NCBI GenBank assembly: GCA_973895155.1
Contig: OZ316899.1
Span: 15,465,974-15,529,973 of the forward strand
DNA: 64,000 nt
From: Marsupella aquatica
Lineage: Eukaryota; Plantae; Marchantiophyta
Direction: 5' to 3'
Below, piece after piece: positions 33,061 through 46,042 of this stretch. The number at the start of each line of letters is the position of its first letter. Position 1 is the first letter of the stretch. Made by a program: the position numbers and the translations under genes. Under the pieces are notes generated by a model. The model was given only the letters and a program-made list of their open reading frames with translations. It did no database searches and had not been told where the DNA came from.

Positions 33061-36000
33061 TGTGATGCCTAGCCAGGAATCATTAGGCCAGTTTAATTAG
33101 TAAAATCAGGAGTGTACCCTAGGAAACACCTTAGTATAGTAACAAAAATAGGGAAATATAAACAATTAAGGGTGACTATGGAACCCAAGCCCAGGCCAAA
33201 AGTAAGGATGCCGGGGGAAACACGATTAGGGTTAGGGCTCGCTAAGCACCGGCGGCTACTAACGGGAAGGAAGACCAGCCAAGGGGGGGGGGGTAAGGAC
33301 CGAGCGCAAGGACTGTCGGCTCATTTGCAAACACAAGCCAAGCGGACGACTACGGGAGGCCAACTGCTGTCCGCTGCTCAGGCAAGCACTCGGGGTGGAA
33401 GCAGATACCGACAATCAACTCAAGAGGGGTATGAGCAACGTCAATCAAGCTGCTCATTTTTGGGGATGCCTGTTAGAACGGGCAATTGAGTACATTGGGA
33501 CCTACCAGGACAAAGAATCAGAGAGAGCGGCTTGAGAACGGCAGGAACTCGCTCGGCTGTGGGAGCTGCATAAGTCTCCTTTCTTAGGAGGAAAACTCAT
33601 TACGGCTGAATTCTTGTAGACGCCTACTGCCGACAAACTCGACGATCTTCTGTTTTGTGAGAACAAGATAGTCGGCATCCGAGAGGCCATCAACCGCTGC
33701 AACGACATACACTGGGAGTTGAAGGGTAGCACGGAGGGGTGGACGAAGGCAACCGTGCTACGAGAAACATCCACGGCAGCCGCTATGAAGAGGAAAGGGA
33801 ACAACAATGAAGAAGCCACCCCTGCAAAAAGAACAAGGTTGGCGGCACCCAGGAAACCAACAGACCAGGGAAGCAGGAGGCAGGCGGAAGCCGAAGAGGA
33901 GGAGGTCGACCCCGTCAATGTCGTTCCGACAAGAGATGACACCTGGAAAGGCTGGGCGGCGACCCTCCCCAAGGAGGTGCAATTACACTTTGCGCGGGAA
34001 GAGGATGCATGCTTTATGGCTATGCAGACTTGGAAATACCAGGGCTTCATGGCCGGATCCGGCTTGGAAGCATTTGTAAAGTTACCATGGCTGAAGTCGG
34101 AGGTACCGGATTCAGACTTACTGGAATTCGTGGGATCATGGGAGCCCGAGACCAATTCCACAAGGGTGTATGGGAAGGATTTCTATCTCACTCCCCGGGT
34201 GATTGCCAAAGTGTTTGGCTTGCCGATGGGCAATAAGACCAAAGTAGATACCAGGAAGACCTTGCCAGACAAGGAGTTCCGGTCATTTCCAAGGCCATCA
34301 ACAAAGAATGGCTTCTTCCGAAACACCTGCACCAACCCACACATAGAGAAATGATTGATTTCTTGCGGGTGACCATGCATTGTAACTTGCCGAGGGCAGA
34401 GATCGGCAAGGCACAGGTCTATCTGGCAGAGAGGCCAGACCCAAGCCGAGACTACAACGGGTACCTCCTCACCCAACTAAAGAAGATCTTGAAGGAGGAA
34501 CAGCTGGTGATCGGCATGGGAAGCGTGTCCCGACTTGGTTATCACATGCCGCTGTTGTGCCGGTATGCCCACAGCCAGATATTCGCCTCGGTACTGCCCC
34601 TGCAGGCAAGAGCACCAGAGGAGGTTCCGGAACCAAGGCCGGCAACAGAGAAACCAACCCAGCTCGATAGTCCTACAATCGAGCAGGTGTTTAGGCCGAG
34701 GAAGGAGGACTTGCCGATGCAGCAACCAGGCATGCAAAATCTGCTGAAATTGTTGGAGAAGGAAAGGAGAACAGCAGCGGCAATGGGGCCAGTACAAAAT
34801 ACTACTTCCGAAGTTGGCCTTAGCAACTTACTAGGGAAAACCCCTTTATCGGGGCCAAGGAGAGAAGGAGGCCAGAACACGAGTCGGGAGTCCAAATGTA
34901 TGTAGGAGCTTCAAGTCCCGAAGCTGAGGAGAAGCAGCCCGAGGCCCCTGGTCACGACAGGGAGAAGATGAGATCAACGTGGAAGCTGGAGGAACCAGGA
35001 CCCATGATCTGTGGGGTTGTGTTCACGGCAGGACCAGGACAGCAGCGGGGGGAGCTGGTAGTCCAAGCCGAGGAGGAGGCGGTAGAAGGCTACGACAATG
35101 ATGACTCCGGCTACGGGTCGGACCATCATGTTCTAGGAATAAGGACCTGTGGCAGGTTCATCCCCACTCTTCCGAGAGTAGTTTGAGGCGACCCGACCCA
35201 GGAGAGCAGCCCCGAATCTCCCCCACCAGATGTCACTCCCTGGAGTTTTGACGGCATAAAACAGACGGCACAGGAGTTTCAAGAACAACGCAGGGAGGAA
35301 GAGGAGGCAGCCCTAGCAAGGGAGAAGGATTTACCAGGAGGAGAATGGCCAGAGGACATCCGGCGGCTTGCAAAAAATGAAGCAACCCGCCAGCCACGAT
35401 AGAAAGAAACTCGCAAGGCTGCCTGGGAACAAAGGCCACGGTGGATGATGCCAATGACTTCTGCTCACTCCGCCTATGCTAAAGAATGAGCCATGGAGTA
35501 CGGGAAGATGTGTGGGGAACTTGCGCTCGACATCTTTGGGGAGGAGTTGGAGCAGGGACCTTTTTTCCAGAGGGAAATGTTGGAGAAGCATCGATTAAAA
35601 GAAGCGGTGGCTTTGGAAAGAAGCAAGAAGGATGAGGTCATCCGTCGGCTTAGGGCAAGGAAAGCCGAGGTAGAAGACCTGAAGGCATCCAGGAAAGCCC
35701 AAGATGAGCTGCAGATTAAGTGGCATGAGCTCAACATCATGCAGGGGCAATTGGATATTGCGCAGTCTGATAATTAGATTATCAAGGATAAACTGACTCG
35801 GACCCAATGTGATTTGGCCAATTCAATCAAGGAGAAGGAGAAGTGGAAGCAAGAGCTGAGAGACGCAGAGGAGGCCCACATAGCAGCCAACAATCGGACC
35901 ATGGCGGAAACTCAGAGAAGGGAAAGGGCGCTGAAGGGGAAACTCTAGGATATCCGCGGAGCCCTTGAGCAGAAGGAGGACGAGTTAGGGAAATCCTATC

Positions 36001-36375
36001 AGGCAATTATCGTGCTGCCGCAGGAGCTCGCATCCATGATGGCCAGCTTCAAGGCCGATCTCCGTGAGAAAGACGATCAGCTCGACTAGACTTATGCCAA
36101 GATGAATAAAATGGAGTCTGAGGTCGTTATGGAGCTTGACAAGGAGCTGAGAGCAACCCAGGAGGAGAGGGCGACCTTAAAGAAGGAATTGGAGGAAGCC
36201 CAAAAGGAGCGGGAGGAGGCGTGCAAGGACCTGGATGAATTGCAGGAGGGGTTGGAGGAAAGCACGCGGAAGATGGAAAACTTACAGCGGCGAGCCGACA
36301 ACCAAACGGAGCGGCTGAAGAAATAGGCCGCAATATTTAAGTGCTTGGCTTCCTCAAGACCAACTCCAATTGAGG

Positions 36376-39300
36376 TGTGGTGCATCCCATGGCTCCCTAA
36401 ACCCAAGAAACCCCCAGCTCAAGCCGATTCCCGCAGGTTTCGCGCTTGGCGAGGCCGTTTCCGCGGCTTAGCGGCATGGGACGCTGCTAACCTTCTACTA
36501 CTACTATTAACATTTTACACACATATACTTGACAGATCCTTCATCGGGTCATGAGATACGTAGCCGGCCTAATCTAGGCCTTCCCCTGTCTTCCCCTCCG
36601 TCTTGTTAGGTATGTTTGGATTCCGCCGTCGGAATGATCCCCAATAGGCTTGGTTAAGCCGCTAAGACCTCTCTCAGCTCGACACATCCAACTCTCACTC
36701 CCCTGCTTACTTTCCTTCCTTCTGGTTGATGTGGGCACTCTTCACACAAGTTAATGCGACACACAAATAGCAAAATGACTCATTCTGACTGAGTCATACC
36801 ATGCACTTGCCATACAAACAGTACATCTCATACACAAGCTCTGCGAACTAAGCCGTGAGGCCAACTCTATTAAGCTCTTAGGCATGAGGAAACATGAATA
36901 TACACAAGGGTCACTGTATGACTAACCGAGAGCTTCTCGTACTACTTGATCCCAGCCCGGCTGGTGCAAACTAAAAACTTGCTAAAGAAGAGGCCCTGAG
37001 CTCCCCGCTGCCCAGGTACTTATCCTGGTAGTGGATCCGTCATTCTTTGCATCGTAAGCCTAATCTACCTAACAGTAATCTACTTGCCCGAATCTACCTA
37101 TGTACAGCAAGGCAGGAGCACAAGTGTTGCTCCTACCAGTGGAACCGCAATCCCACTAAGCTAAGTGTCAGGGCCGCTCCTGGTCCTGATCCTAATCCTA
37201 AACTTGGAGATCAGCGCCCGCCGTGCCCACTCACGCCTCCTCCCTCCACGTCCGCCCTCCCTAAAAGGAACGATGCCCTTGCACCGTCACGACACCTGTG
37301 GTGGATCCTTAATGGACGCCCCCAACGCTTCCTCCTCAGCCACTGCCGTAGGTTCATTCTCTGAAAGATTACTTGCCCTTGACTGAGTCAACTCTCCATC
37401 GGCCTGACTGGGTCCACCATCGGCGTCGACATCGGCTCGGGAATCGGTTACGGCCTCAGCCTCGGCTACGGTCTCCCTGGCCTGCTCAAGAGGCGGATCT
37501 GGGATACCGGCCTCATTACTGAGTAGTTCGGCTTGGGCCGCACCAACCCCACCTGTGATGATAGCGGGATCTATTGTCGTATTTATGTCGGAGGATGGTG
37601 CTGGTTCTACCTCCTTGGTCACCACGGCTTGTGGAGTCGGATTACTCCTTGACCCTGAAGGTTTCCGCTTCTTCTTCTTTTCTGGTTCGGCAACTGGTCC
37701 CTTCCCCTTCCCACTTACTTCCGGCACTGGTGCAGGTGGCGCGGCTTTTTCTTCGGCCTGTACCACTCCTGGTAACTTGGTTGCCCCAATTGGAGTTGGG
37801 CCTGATGAAGACAAGCACTTAAATACTGCGGCTTGTTTCTTCAGCCGCTCCATTTGGTTGTCGGCCCGCCGCTGGAGGTTCTCCATCTTCCTCGTGATTT
37901 CCTCCAACTCCTCCTGGGTCTCATCCAGGTCCTTGCGCGCCTCCTCTAGTTCCTTCTGGGCTTCCTCCCGTTCTTGTTTCAAGGTAGTCCTCTCCTCCCG
38001 GGTTGCTCTTAGCTCCTTGTCGAGCTCTGCAATGATGACAAACTCCATCTGGTTCATCTTGGCATAAGTCTGATCGAGTATCTCGTCCTTCTCCCTTAGG
38101 TCGGCCTTGAAGCTGGCCGTCAGGGACGCAAGCTCCTGGTGCAGCGCCATAATCCCTTGATAGGATTTCCCTAACTCGGCCTCCTTCTGCTCAAGGGCTC
38201 CGCGGATTTTCTCGAGCTCCCCCTTCAACGCCCATTCCTTTCTTTGGGTCTCCGCCATGGCCCGGCTGTTGGCTGTTATGTGGGCCTCCTCTGTATTCTT
38301 TAGCTCTCGCTTCCACTTCTCCCTCTCTTTGATCATGTCGGCCAACTCTCCCTGCGTCTGAGTCAGTTTATCCTTGATATTCTGATTATCAGCCTGCGCG
38401 GTGTCCAACTGCCCCTGCATGATGTTCAGCTCATGCCGTTTAATCCGCAGTTCATCTTGGGCTTTCTTGGCCGCCCTTAGATCTTCAATCTTGGCTTCCA
38501 TCCTCCTAAGCCGCCGAATGACCTCGTCCTTCTTGCTTCTCTCTAAAGCCACCGCTTCTTCTAATTGGTGCTTCTCCAACTGCTCCCTATGGAAAAAGGG
38601 TCCTACCTCCAACTCCTCTCCAAAGATGCCGAGCGCAAGTTCCCCACACATCTCACCATACTCCATGGCTCTATTCTTAGCGTAGGTGGAGTAAGTAGAA
38701 GTGATCGGCATCGCCCATCGCGGCCTCTGCTCCCAAGCCGTCTTGCGGATCTCTTCAATCGTGGCTAGAGGTTTGCTTCCTTTTTCGGCTAGCCGCCTGA
38801 TGTCCTCCGGCCAATCTCCTCCTGGTAAATCCTTTTCCCTAGCCAGGGCTGCCTCCTCTTCCTGCCTGATTCGCTCCTGAAATTCCTGCACCGTCTGTTT
38901 TATGCCGTCAAAGCTCGGGGGAGCAACATCTGGTGGGGGAGACTCAGGGCTACTCTGCTAGTTGGGGTCCCCTCGCACTACCCTTGGAAGTGTGGGGACA
39001 AACCGGCCACAGGTCCTTACTCCTGGAACGTGATGGTCCGACCCATAGCCGGAATTATCATGGCTGCAGTCCTCCACTGCCTCCTCTACTTCTTGGACGT
39101 CCGGCTTCTCCCTCTCCTCTTCGTCGGTAGGAGCTTCAGGCAATTCTGCCTCAGATTCGGAGCTTGAGATTCCCACATACATTCGAACACCTGGCTTGAT
39201 TCCGGCCTGATTCTCTCCTTGTCTCCAGCAAAGGGGTTTTCTCTTGTGAGCCGGTGTAGGCCTACCTCTGTAGTAGTGTCCTGCATTGTTGCTGTTGCCG

Positions 39301-41038
39301 TTGTTGTTGCCGATGCCGATCTCTTTTCTTTCTCCAGTAGTTTCAGCAGACTCTGCATGCCTGGTTGCTGCATCGGCAAGTCCTCCTTCCTGGGCCTAAA
39401 CACCTGCTCGATCGTAGGGCTAACAGGTGGTTGAGGCTTCTCAGCCAACGGCCTCGGCGTTGGAGCTTCCTCGGGTGCCCTTACCTGCAGGGGAAGTACT
39501 GGGGCAAAAGTTTGACCTCTGGCATACCGGCACAACAGCGGCATGTGATAGCCAAGCCGCGACACGGTCCCCATGCCAATTACCTGCTGCTCCTCCTTTA
39601 AGATCTTCTTCAATTGGTTGAGGAGGTACCCGTTGTAGTCCCGGCTTGGGTCTGGCCTCTCTGCCAGATAGACCTGTGCCTTGCCGATCTCTGCCCTCGG
39701 CAAGTTACAATGCATGGTCACCCGCAAGAAGTCGATCATCTCTCTCCTATGTGCGGGTTGGTGCAGGTGTTCCGGAAGAAGCCATTCTTCGTTGATGGCC
39801 CGGGGAACGACCGGAACTCCTTGTCAGGCAAGGTCTTCCTGGTATCAACTTTGGTCTTATTGCCTATCGGCAAGCCAAACACTTCGGCAATTACCTTGGG
39901 AGTAAGATAGAAATCCTTCCCATATATCCTCGTGCAATTGGTCTCGGGTTCCCATGACCCCACGAATTCTAATAGGTCTGACTCCGGTACCTCCGGCTTC
40001 AGCCATGGTAATCTTACAAAGGCCTCTAAGCCGGATCCGGCCATGAAGCCTTGGTACTTCTTGGTCTGCATGGCCGTAAAGCATGCATCCTCCTCCCGTG
40101 CAAAATGTAGTTGCACCTCCACCGGTAGGGTTGCCGCCCAGCCCTTCCAGGTGTCATCCCTGGTTGGAATGGCCTTGATGGGATCGACCTCCTCCTCTTC
40201 GGCTTCTCCCTGCCTCCTGCTCTGCTGCCCGACTGGCTTCTTTGGTGCCGCCGACCTCGTTCTTTTTGCCGGGGTGGCTTCATCGTTGACGGCTCCCTTC
40301 CTCTTCATCTCTGCTGCCGTGGAGGTTTCTCCTAGCACCGTTGCCTGGGTCCACCTTTCCGTGCTACCCTTTAATTCCTAGTGTATGTCATTGCAGTTCT
40401 TGATGGCCTCTCGGATGCCGACGACGCTGTCTTTGCAAAACAGAAGATCGTCGAGTTGATTGGAAGTAGGCGTCCACAGGAACTCGTCCTTGATGAGTTC
40501 GCCTCCTAAGAAAGCCGTCTTCTGCAGCTCCCACAATCGAGCGAGCTCCTGCCGTTCTCGAGCTACCCTTTCTGATTCCTCGTCCTCGTAAGTCTTGATG
40601 TACTTAGTTGCCCGTTCGAACAGGCATCCCCAGAAATGTGCCGCTTGATTGACGTTGCTCATACCCTCCTTAGGTCGATCGTCAGTATCTACTCTCTCCC
40701 CGAGTGCTTGCCTAAGCAGCTGATAGTAGTTGGCCTCCAGTAGTCGTCTGCCTAGTTCGTGCTCGCAAATGAGCCACCATCTCCTCCAAGCGCTCCTTAC
40801 CCCTCTCCTCTGCCGGTCCTTCTTCCCGTTGATCCTTCCTAGCCGCCGATGCTTAACGCGCCCTAACCCTAATCGAGTTTTCACCCTCAGTGTCCTTACC
40901 TCCGGCCTCGGCCCGGGTTCCATGGTTGCCCCTAATTGTTTATATTTTCCTTGTTTTGTCCCTATACTAAGGTGTTCCTAGGGTGCCTTCCTGGTTTACC
41001 CACTTAACTGGCCGAGTGATTCCTGTCTAGGCATCACA
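36376..41038 (-). mobile_element. Giant solo LTR, family A copy 3 (4663 bp)
   Basis: Inverted orientation; perfect TSD TGAGG (36371-36375 and 41039-41043); same termini. Confidence 0.95.
37287..40923 (-). pseudogene. LTR-encoded ORF of A3 (~1200 codons, few lesions)
   Basis: Pieces 40378-40923, 39736-40338, 39086-39739, 38958-39182 and 37287-38891 (534-aa coiled coil). Confidence 0.85.
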
Positions 41039-42436
41039 TGAGGCAACCAAGTTACCTGGTGTAGTACTGGCCAAAGGACAAGCCGAGACACTTGCACCGG
41101 TGCCGGAGGTAAGTGGCAAGGGGAAGGGGCCAGCTGCCGAACCAAAGAAGAAGAAGAAGAAGCGGAAACCTTCTGGGTCAGGGAGTAATACGGCTCCTCA
41201 AGCCATCGTGACCAAGGAGGTAAACCCAACACCAACCTCAGGCAGGGTCATGGTAGAGGATCCAACTGCCCTAGAAGGCGGGGATGATGAAGCCGGGGCC
41301 AGGATACTCGGTGATGAAGCCGGGGTACCGGATCCATCACTAGAACATGTCGGGGAGGCCGTGGCCGATGCTGAGGCCGAAGCCGAGGGTGGACCCAGTC
41401 AAGCCGATGGAGAGTTGACTCGGTCAGGAGCAGGTAATCTGTCAGAGGACGGACCTACAGTAGTGGCTGCGGAGGAAGTGTTGGGGGCGTCCATTGAGGA
41501 CCAGACACCGCTGCCATGATGGTGGTGGAGGGCCGCTCCTTTTAAGGAGGGCGGGCGTGGAGGGAGGAGGCGTGAGTGGGCAGGGCGGGCTCAGATCTCC
41601 AAGTTTAGAATCAGGACCAGGACCAAGGGGCGGCCCTGACACTTAGCTTAGTGGGATTGCAGATCCACTGGTAAGAGCAGCACTTATGCTCCTGCTTCGC
41701 TGTACATAGGTAGATTACAGTTAGGTAGATTACAGTAGGGTAGATTAGGCTTACGCTGCAAGGAATTAGGCGGATCCACTACTAGGATAAGTACCTGGGC
41801 ATCGGGGAGTTGAGGGCCTTCTTCCTTAGCAAGTTTTTAGTGCACCTGCAGGGCTAGGATCAAGTAGTTAAAGAAGCTCTTGGTTAGTTATACTGTGACC
41901 CTTGTGTATATTCATGTTTCCTCATACCTAAGAAATTAATAGAGTTGGCCTCACGGCTTAGTTCACAGATCTTGTATACTGTTTGTATGGCAAGTGCATG
42001 GTATAACTCAGTCAGAAGGAGTCATTTTGCTATTTGTGTGTCGCATTAACTTGTTTGAAGATTGCCCACATCAACCAAGAAGGGAGTAAGCAAGGTAGTA
42101 AGAGTTGGATGTGTCGAGCTGAGAGAGGTCTTAGCGGCTTACCCAAGCCAGTTGGGGATCATTCCGGCGACGGAATCCAAACATACCTAAAGGAAACCCG
42201 AGAGAGGAGGACAAGGGAAGGTCGAGAATAGGCCGGCTACGTATCTCATGACCCGATGAAGGATCTATCCAGTATATGTGAGTAAAACGTTAATAGCAAT
42301 AGTAGTAGAAGGAAGTTAGCAGCGTCCGATGCCGCTAAGCCGCGAAATCGGCCTCGCCAAGAGCGAAACCTACGGGAATCGGCTTGAGCAGAGGGGTTTC
42401 TTGGGTTTAGGGAGCCATGGGACGCACCACATTGAT

Positions 42437-43060
42437 AATATCCTAATCTACTCAAAAATGTTGGAGAAACATGAGCAGTTACTTAGAGTAGTGTTCTCTT
42501 GCCTTTGTAAGGTTTGTCTCTTTGCTAAACCTAACAAATGCGAGTTTGCAATGAACGAGATTCAGTTCCTTGACCATACCTTTACCCCAAAGGGGATAAC
42601 GCCTAGTCAAGACAAGCTTAAAGAGATCAAAGAATGGGAGCGCCCATCCAATGTAAGGTAGGTTAGAGCCTTCTTAGGATTTACAGGATTCTATCAAAGA
42701 TACATGAAAGACTATGCAAGGATTGCGAGGCCCCTAAACGAGCTAATGTTTAAAAACAAAGTGTTTGTGTGGACACAGGACTGTGAGTTAGCATTCCTAG
42801 AACTTAAGCGGCTAATGATAACGCCGCCGGTTGTAAAGTTACCTGAGATGGGGAAGCTGTTCAAGATTTGGATAGACGCGAGTGATTATGCCATTGGCGC
42901 CTGTCTTCACCAAGATGGGCGTCCTATGGCCTTTGAGTCATGTAAGTTGGAAAATCATTGGATCACACTGGAAAGGGAAATGTATGCCGTGATCTATGCG
43001 TTGAAAAAGTGGGAGATTTACCTTAAGAACGGTCCCAAAGTGGTAATACACACAGATAGC
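42437..43060 (+). pseudogene. pol: G1 RT C-terminus and RNase H
   Basis: NILIYSK, KCEFA..IQFL, FLGFTGFY, WIDASDYAIGA, EREMYAV, IHTD. Confidence 0.9.
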
Positions 43061-43590
43061 TGTGATATAGCAGTTATTCAGAATTTCTGTGAAAACTTTA
43101 AAATTTTCAACTTTTTGAGATAAGTAGTGATTCGCCTCAGGTTATCTATATTAATTAGGAGCATTAGAGTAGTTAAGCCATCCTCAAGTACATCCCTGTA
43201 GTCTCCTAAAACTAGTTACTTTTACAGCCATGTCAAATCGGAGTCACAGTAGCAGCTAATCCGCTAAGACGCTCCAATGCGTAGGCGCTTATGCGCTAAT
43301 GCGTTCAGACGCGTATAGCAACCCACCCTGCCGGAAACCAAAAGTAGTCGTTGATGATGAGGAGGAAGTAATAGAGTGACTCACTAGACCACCTGCTTGC
43401 GACAAATATTTTCACTTCCCTGTTTGCTACCAAAGGCCTCGACGTTCACGCCCATACGCAGAGATGCTTGAGCGCTGTGGCATTTATACGCTCATGCGCG
43501 ATCACGCCAATACGCCCCGTCGTTTTGCGACTTAGATTTTTGTAAGTGACTCAACTTCAAGAACCATAGCTGCAACTTGCCATAGCGGGC

Positions 43591-44730
43591 GTGGATGAGA
43601 TGAGTTGCGACTTCCCTATTCCTAGAGCTATACCGGTGAAGTACCCCGCACTCGAGAGGGGTTTGATGTTATTGACCGATGCTCTAGAAGTTATGCACCT
43701 GGGAAAACTTCTATCCATTCTCTGGTCTTTTGTGTGTCCTACCTACTTGCACGAGTTCGCTGATGGGTCACAAATTCCAGAAGCGTTTCATGAGACTGTT
43801 CGAGCAGATCCTGAGAAGTGGGACTTAGAGTTCGTGGCCGACGCTTTTAGTTGGTCATCAGAAGGCTGTGGTTTACAATCTGGAAAGAGTACTTTATTTG
43901 ATCCAATGTTCGCTGGGACGAGAAATACAAAAGTTGGATGGAAGCTTAATCAATGTATTGATTATTCCTTCCAGATCATCCTTGAGGTTCTGGTACCCAA
44001 TTTTCATCCCACTCGACCATATATGGTACCTGTATCTGTAGCAAACACATTTGTTACTTCATGGAAAGGATTTGCTAAAGTTAATTGGGGATTGTTACTG
44101 AGACACACCATCCTCAGTCAAATCAATGTTGTACAGAATGGAAAGCCAACATACCTCCCAGCTTACCTCAGTAAACTCTACTGGTATGGAGACTGTCTAC
44201 TCCCACAGGAGAAGCTCGAAAGGATTGCACTATTGGAGGAATTAGATGTGGAACATTCGGAGACTGATTCGAGACTCGATGATCTAAGAATGGAGGAAAC
44301 ATGCGAAGCTAGTCACCAAGAAATTATGCCACCTGCTCTGGAACTTATGGATGAGGATATTAATCCTCACGTTGAGATTACACCTTACCATACTAATAGT
44401 AGTCCGACCGACCACACTCCTCTCCCTGTTATTCCTGCCAGTAAACATAATCATCCAGAGAAATTGATTGATGATGGGAAGGTTGTTTTTAATCAGGATA
44501 TAGTAGACAGTTTGTCTAGAATGTTGACCTATGATCCAGAAGAAATCCTCCCTATTGTAGATAGATTAAGGACTGCTTCTGTTACTCAACCCTCGCCAGC
44601 CTATAACTGTATTACTCCATACAGTCCCACTTCCATTTATTCACCATCCAGAGTCCTATCCAATCAAAACATCCGTTCATCAAAGGACAATCTAAAGCCC
44701 CTAGGATTATACATCACCTTTCTCCGATAG
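43591..44730 (+). CDS. LTR-B-encoded protein, N-terminal part (domain related to family A ORF)
   Basis: 379-aa ORF with TVRADPEKW, KVGWKLNQC, FHPTRP, VNWG motifs. The true start may be the ATG near 43230. Confidence 0.6.
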   Translation: MDEMSCDFPIPRAIPVKYPALERGLMLLTDALEVMHLGKLLSILWSFVCPTYLHEFADGSQIPEAFHETVRADPEKWDLEFVADAFSWSSEGCGLQSGKSTLFDPMFAGTRNTKVGWKLNQCIDYSFQIILEVLVPNFHPTRPYMVPVSVANTFVTSWKGFAKVNWGLLLRHTILSQINVVQNGKPTYLPAYLSKLYWYGDCLLPQEKLERIALLEELDVEHSETDSRLDDLRMEETCEASHQEIMPPALELMDEDINPHVEITPYHTNSSPTDHTPLPVIPASKHNHPEKLIDDGKVVFNQDIVDSLSRMLTYDPEEILPIVDRLRTASVTQPSPAYNCITPYSPTSIYSPSRVLSNQNIRSSKDNLKPLGLYITFLR

Positions 44731-44752
44731 ACATCGAGAATCCCACACTATC

Positions 44753-46042
44753 ATGGGATCCCCAATAGATGAGAGATTACCACCGCTGGGAACGGATCTT
44801 CAACAAATTGTGAATACTTCACCCCGACATTCAGCTGAGTACTACTTTAATCTTGTAGGTGAGATTTGCAAGATGTTGGAGTGTGATCCTGATCATTTGA
44901 TCAAAGTATTAGATGAGGTTATGTGTAGATTATCACGTATTTCAAGTCACAACCAGCACTTGGAATACTGTGAAGATCTCGTCCACAGATTCACTCAGAT
45001 GTTCGGCTGCAACACCAAGCAAGTTTACTCTGCAGTTCGCTATCATACCTCAGCATCAGGCTCTCCCATTTCTTATTCTAGTTCTCCTTCTAGCCATTCA
45101 CCTACCTCTCCTTATAGTCCTTCAAATCAACCAAACCAACTTTTTCCTAGTTTTCCAGAACCTGAGATCACTCTTGTAGGTGCACATCTTGCCATTTCTT
45201 TCCCTGACACTCTTCCACCCAGTCAAGACAAATCATGCCAAGTTAATTTTATCCCTACCCTGCATATTGATCCAAAAACCCCTCAGGAAAGTATTAGAGT
45301 CTCAGACCTTAGATCCCCTCCTATTTTAGAGTTTTGGAAATATTACCATAAGAAGAGGGTTGAATGCCTTTATATCTTGAAACTTCATCTGCTAGAGGTC
45401 ACTCGCTTGGAGATAGCAGAAATGGATGAGATTTGGACAGAAGCTGAGTATTTTTGCCCTAATCTTGCTGTCATGATCCTCATTGGACACCTTGTATTGG
45501 AGAATGGAGATCTCGCTCTAGCTTGTTTCGGGAATCTACCTGCTTATGTCCTGGAGTTCATCATTGTCTTCTTAAGACAAACCAAGAGGATATTTCAGAT
45601 GAATCATGAAGCTTCTCCAATCCAGCCTGTTGTCCTCCAACGATTTGTTACTCCAGTCTCTGAGAAGCAGAGGATCTGGAATAACATTACTTCTCAGCGA
45701 TTAACAGAGTATACTCTGAAGTGGCGTGAACTCCTACCTAGAGTTACTTCATTTCTACCACTTGCCAGAGACTCCGAGATATTCATGGCCAAGTTTCCTC
45801 AAAACTACCATGCTACTTGCTGCACTTACGACTTCATTGGTATTTACATGCAAGCTAGCAAGGTAAATACCATGCTACACCGGAGGCTACTTCCTGTACT
45901 TGATCTTGAACGACAGCGGAAGTCCTTACCTTTCTATCGACATCACACTCAAGATATGGATGCAATTCGAGAAGCTATGCAGACCAACACCTACACCAGA
46001 GCTCAACAACCAGATCCGACGGCACTATTTCAACAAGATTAG
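44753..46042 (+). CDS. LTR-B-encoded protein, C-terminal part, unknown function
   Basis: 429-aa ORF; probably frameshifted continuation of the previous ORF. Confidence 0.55.
   Translation: MGSPIDERLPPLGTDLQQIVNTSPRHSAEYYFNLVGEICKMLECDPDHLIKVLDEVMCRLSRISSHNQHLEYCEDLVHRFTQMFGCNTKQVYSAVRYHTSASGSPISYSSSPSSHSPTSPYSPSNQPNQLFPSFPEPEITLVGAHLAISFPDTLPPSQDKSCQVNFIPTLHIDPKTPQESIRVSDLRSPPILEFWKYYHKKRVECLYILKLHLLEVTRLEIAEMDEIWTEAEYFCPNLAVMILIGHLVLENGDLALACFGNLPAYVLEFIIVFLRQTKRIFQMNHEASPIQPVVLQRFVTPVSEKQRIWNNITSQRLTEYTLKWRELLPRVTSFLPLARDSEIFMAKFPQNYHATCCTYDFIGIYMQASKVNTMLHRRLLPVLDLERQRKSLPFYRHHTQDMDAIREAMQTNTYTRAQQPDPTALFQQD

Larger units (their letters stand above)
33178..41519 (+). pseudogene. LTR-encoded ORF of A2 (split by A3 at 36371-41043)
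   Basis: Fragments MEPKPRPKVR..., 33719-34354, 34351-34905, 35493-35777, 36102-36326 and 41100-41519 match the family A protein. Confidence 0.75.
33061..42431 (+). mobile_element. Giant solo LTR, family A copy 2 (~4.70 kb net), containing copy 3
   Basis: TGTGATGC...GCACCACA termini; 5-bp TSD TTGAC/TTGAT; inserted in the RT catalytic motif of G1. Confidence 0.9.
14367..43060 (+). mobile_element. Host Ty3/gypsy element G1 (chromovirus-like), fragmented by nested insertions; remainder lies beyond the insertion at 43061
   Basis: iMet-type PBS at 15426. gag continues across Bianca-2 (16592/31290), RT continues across LTR A2 (FID|NILIYS), and RNase H is cut at 43060. Left boundary is approximate. 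Confidence 0.8.

Noticed and set aside
33061-42431. Family A as a TIR DNA transposon or host SMC/myosin-like gene
   Set aside because: TG..CA ends, 5-bp TSDs, and a PBS plus gag after copy 4 identify it as an LTR. The coiled coil has no ATPase motifs, and there is no DDE core.
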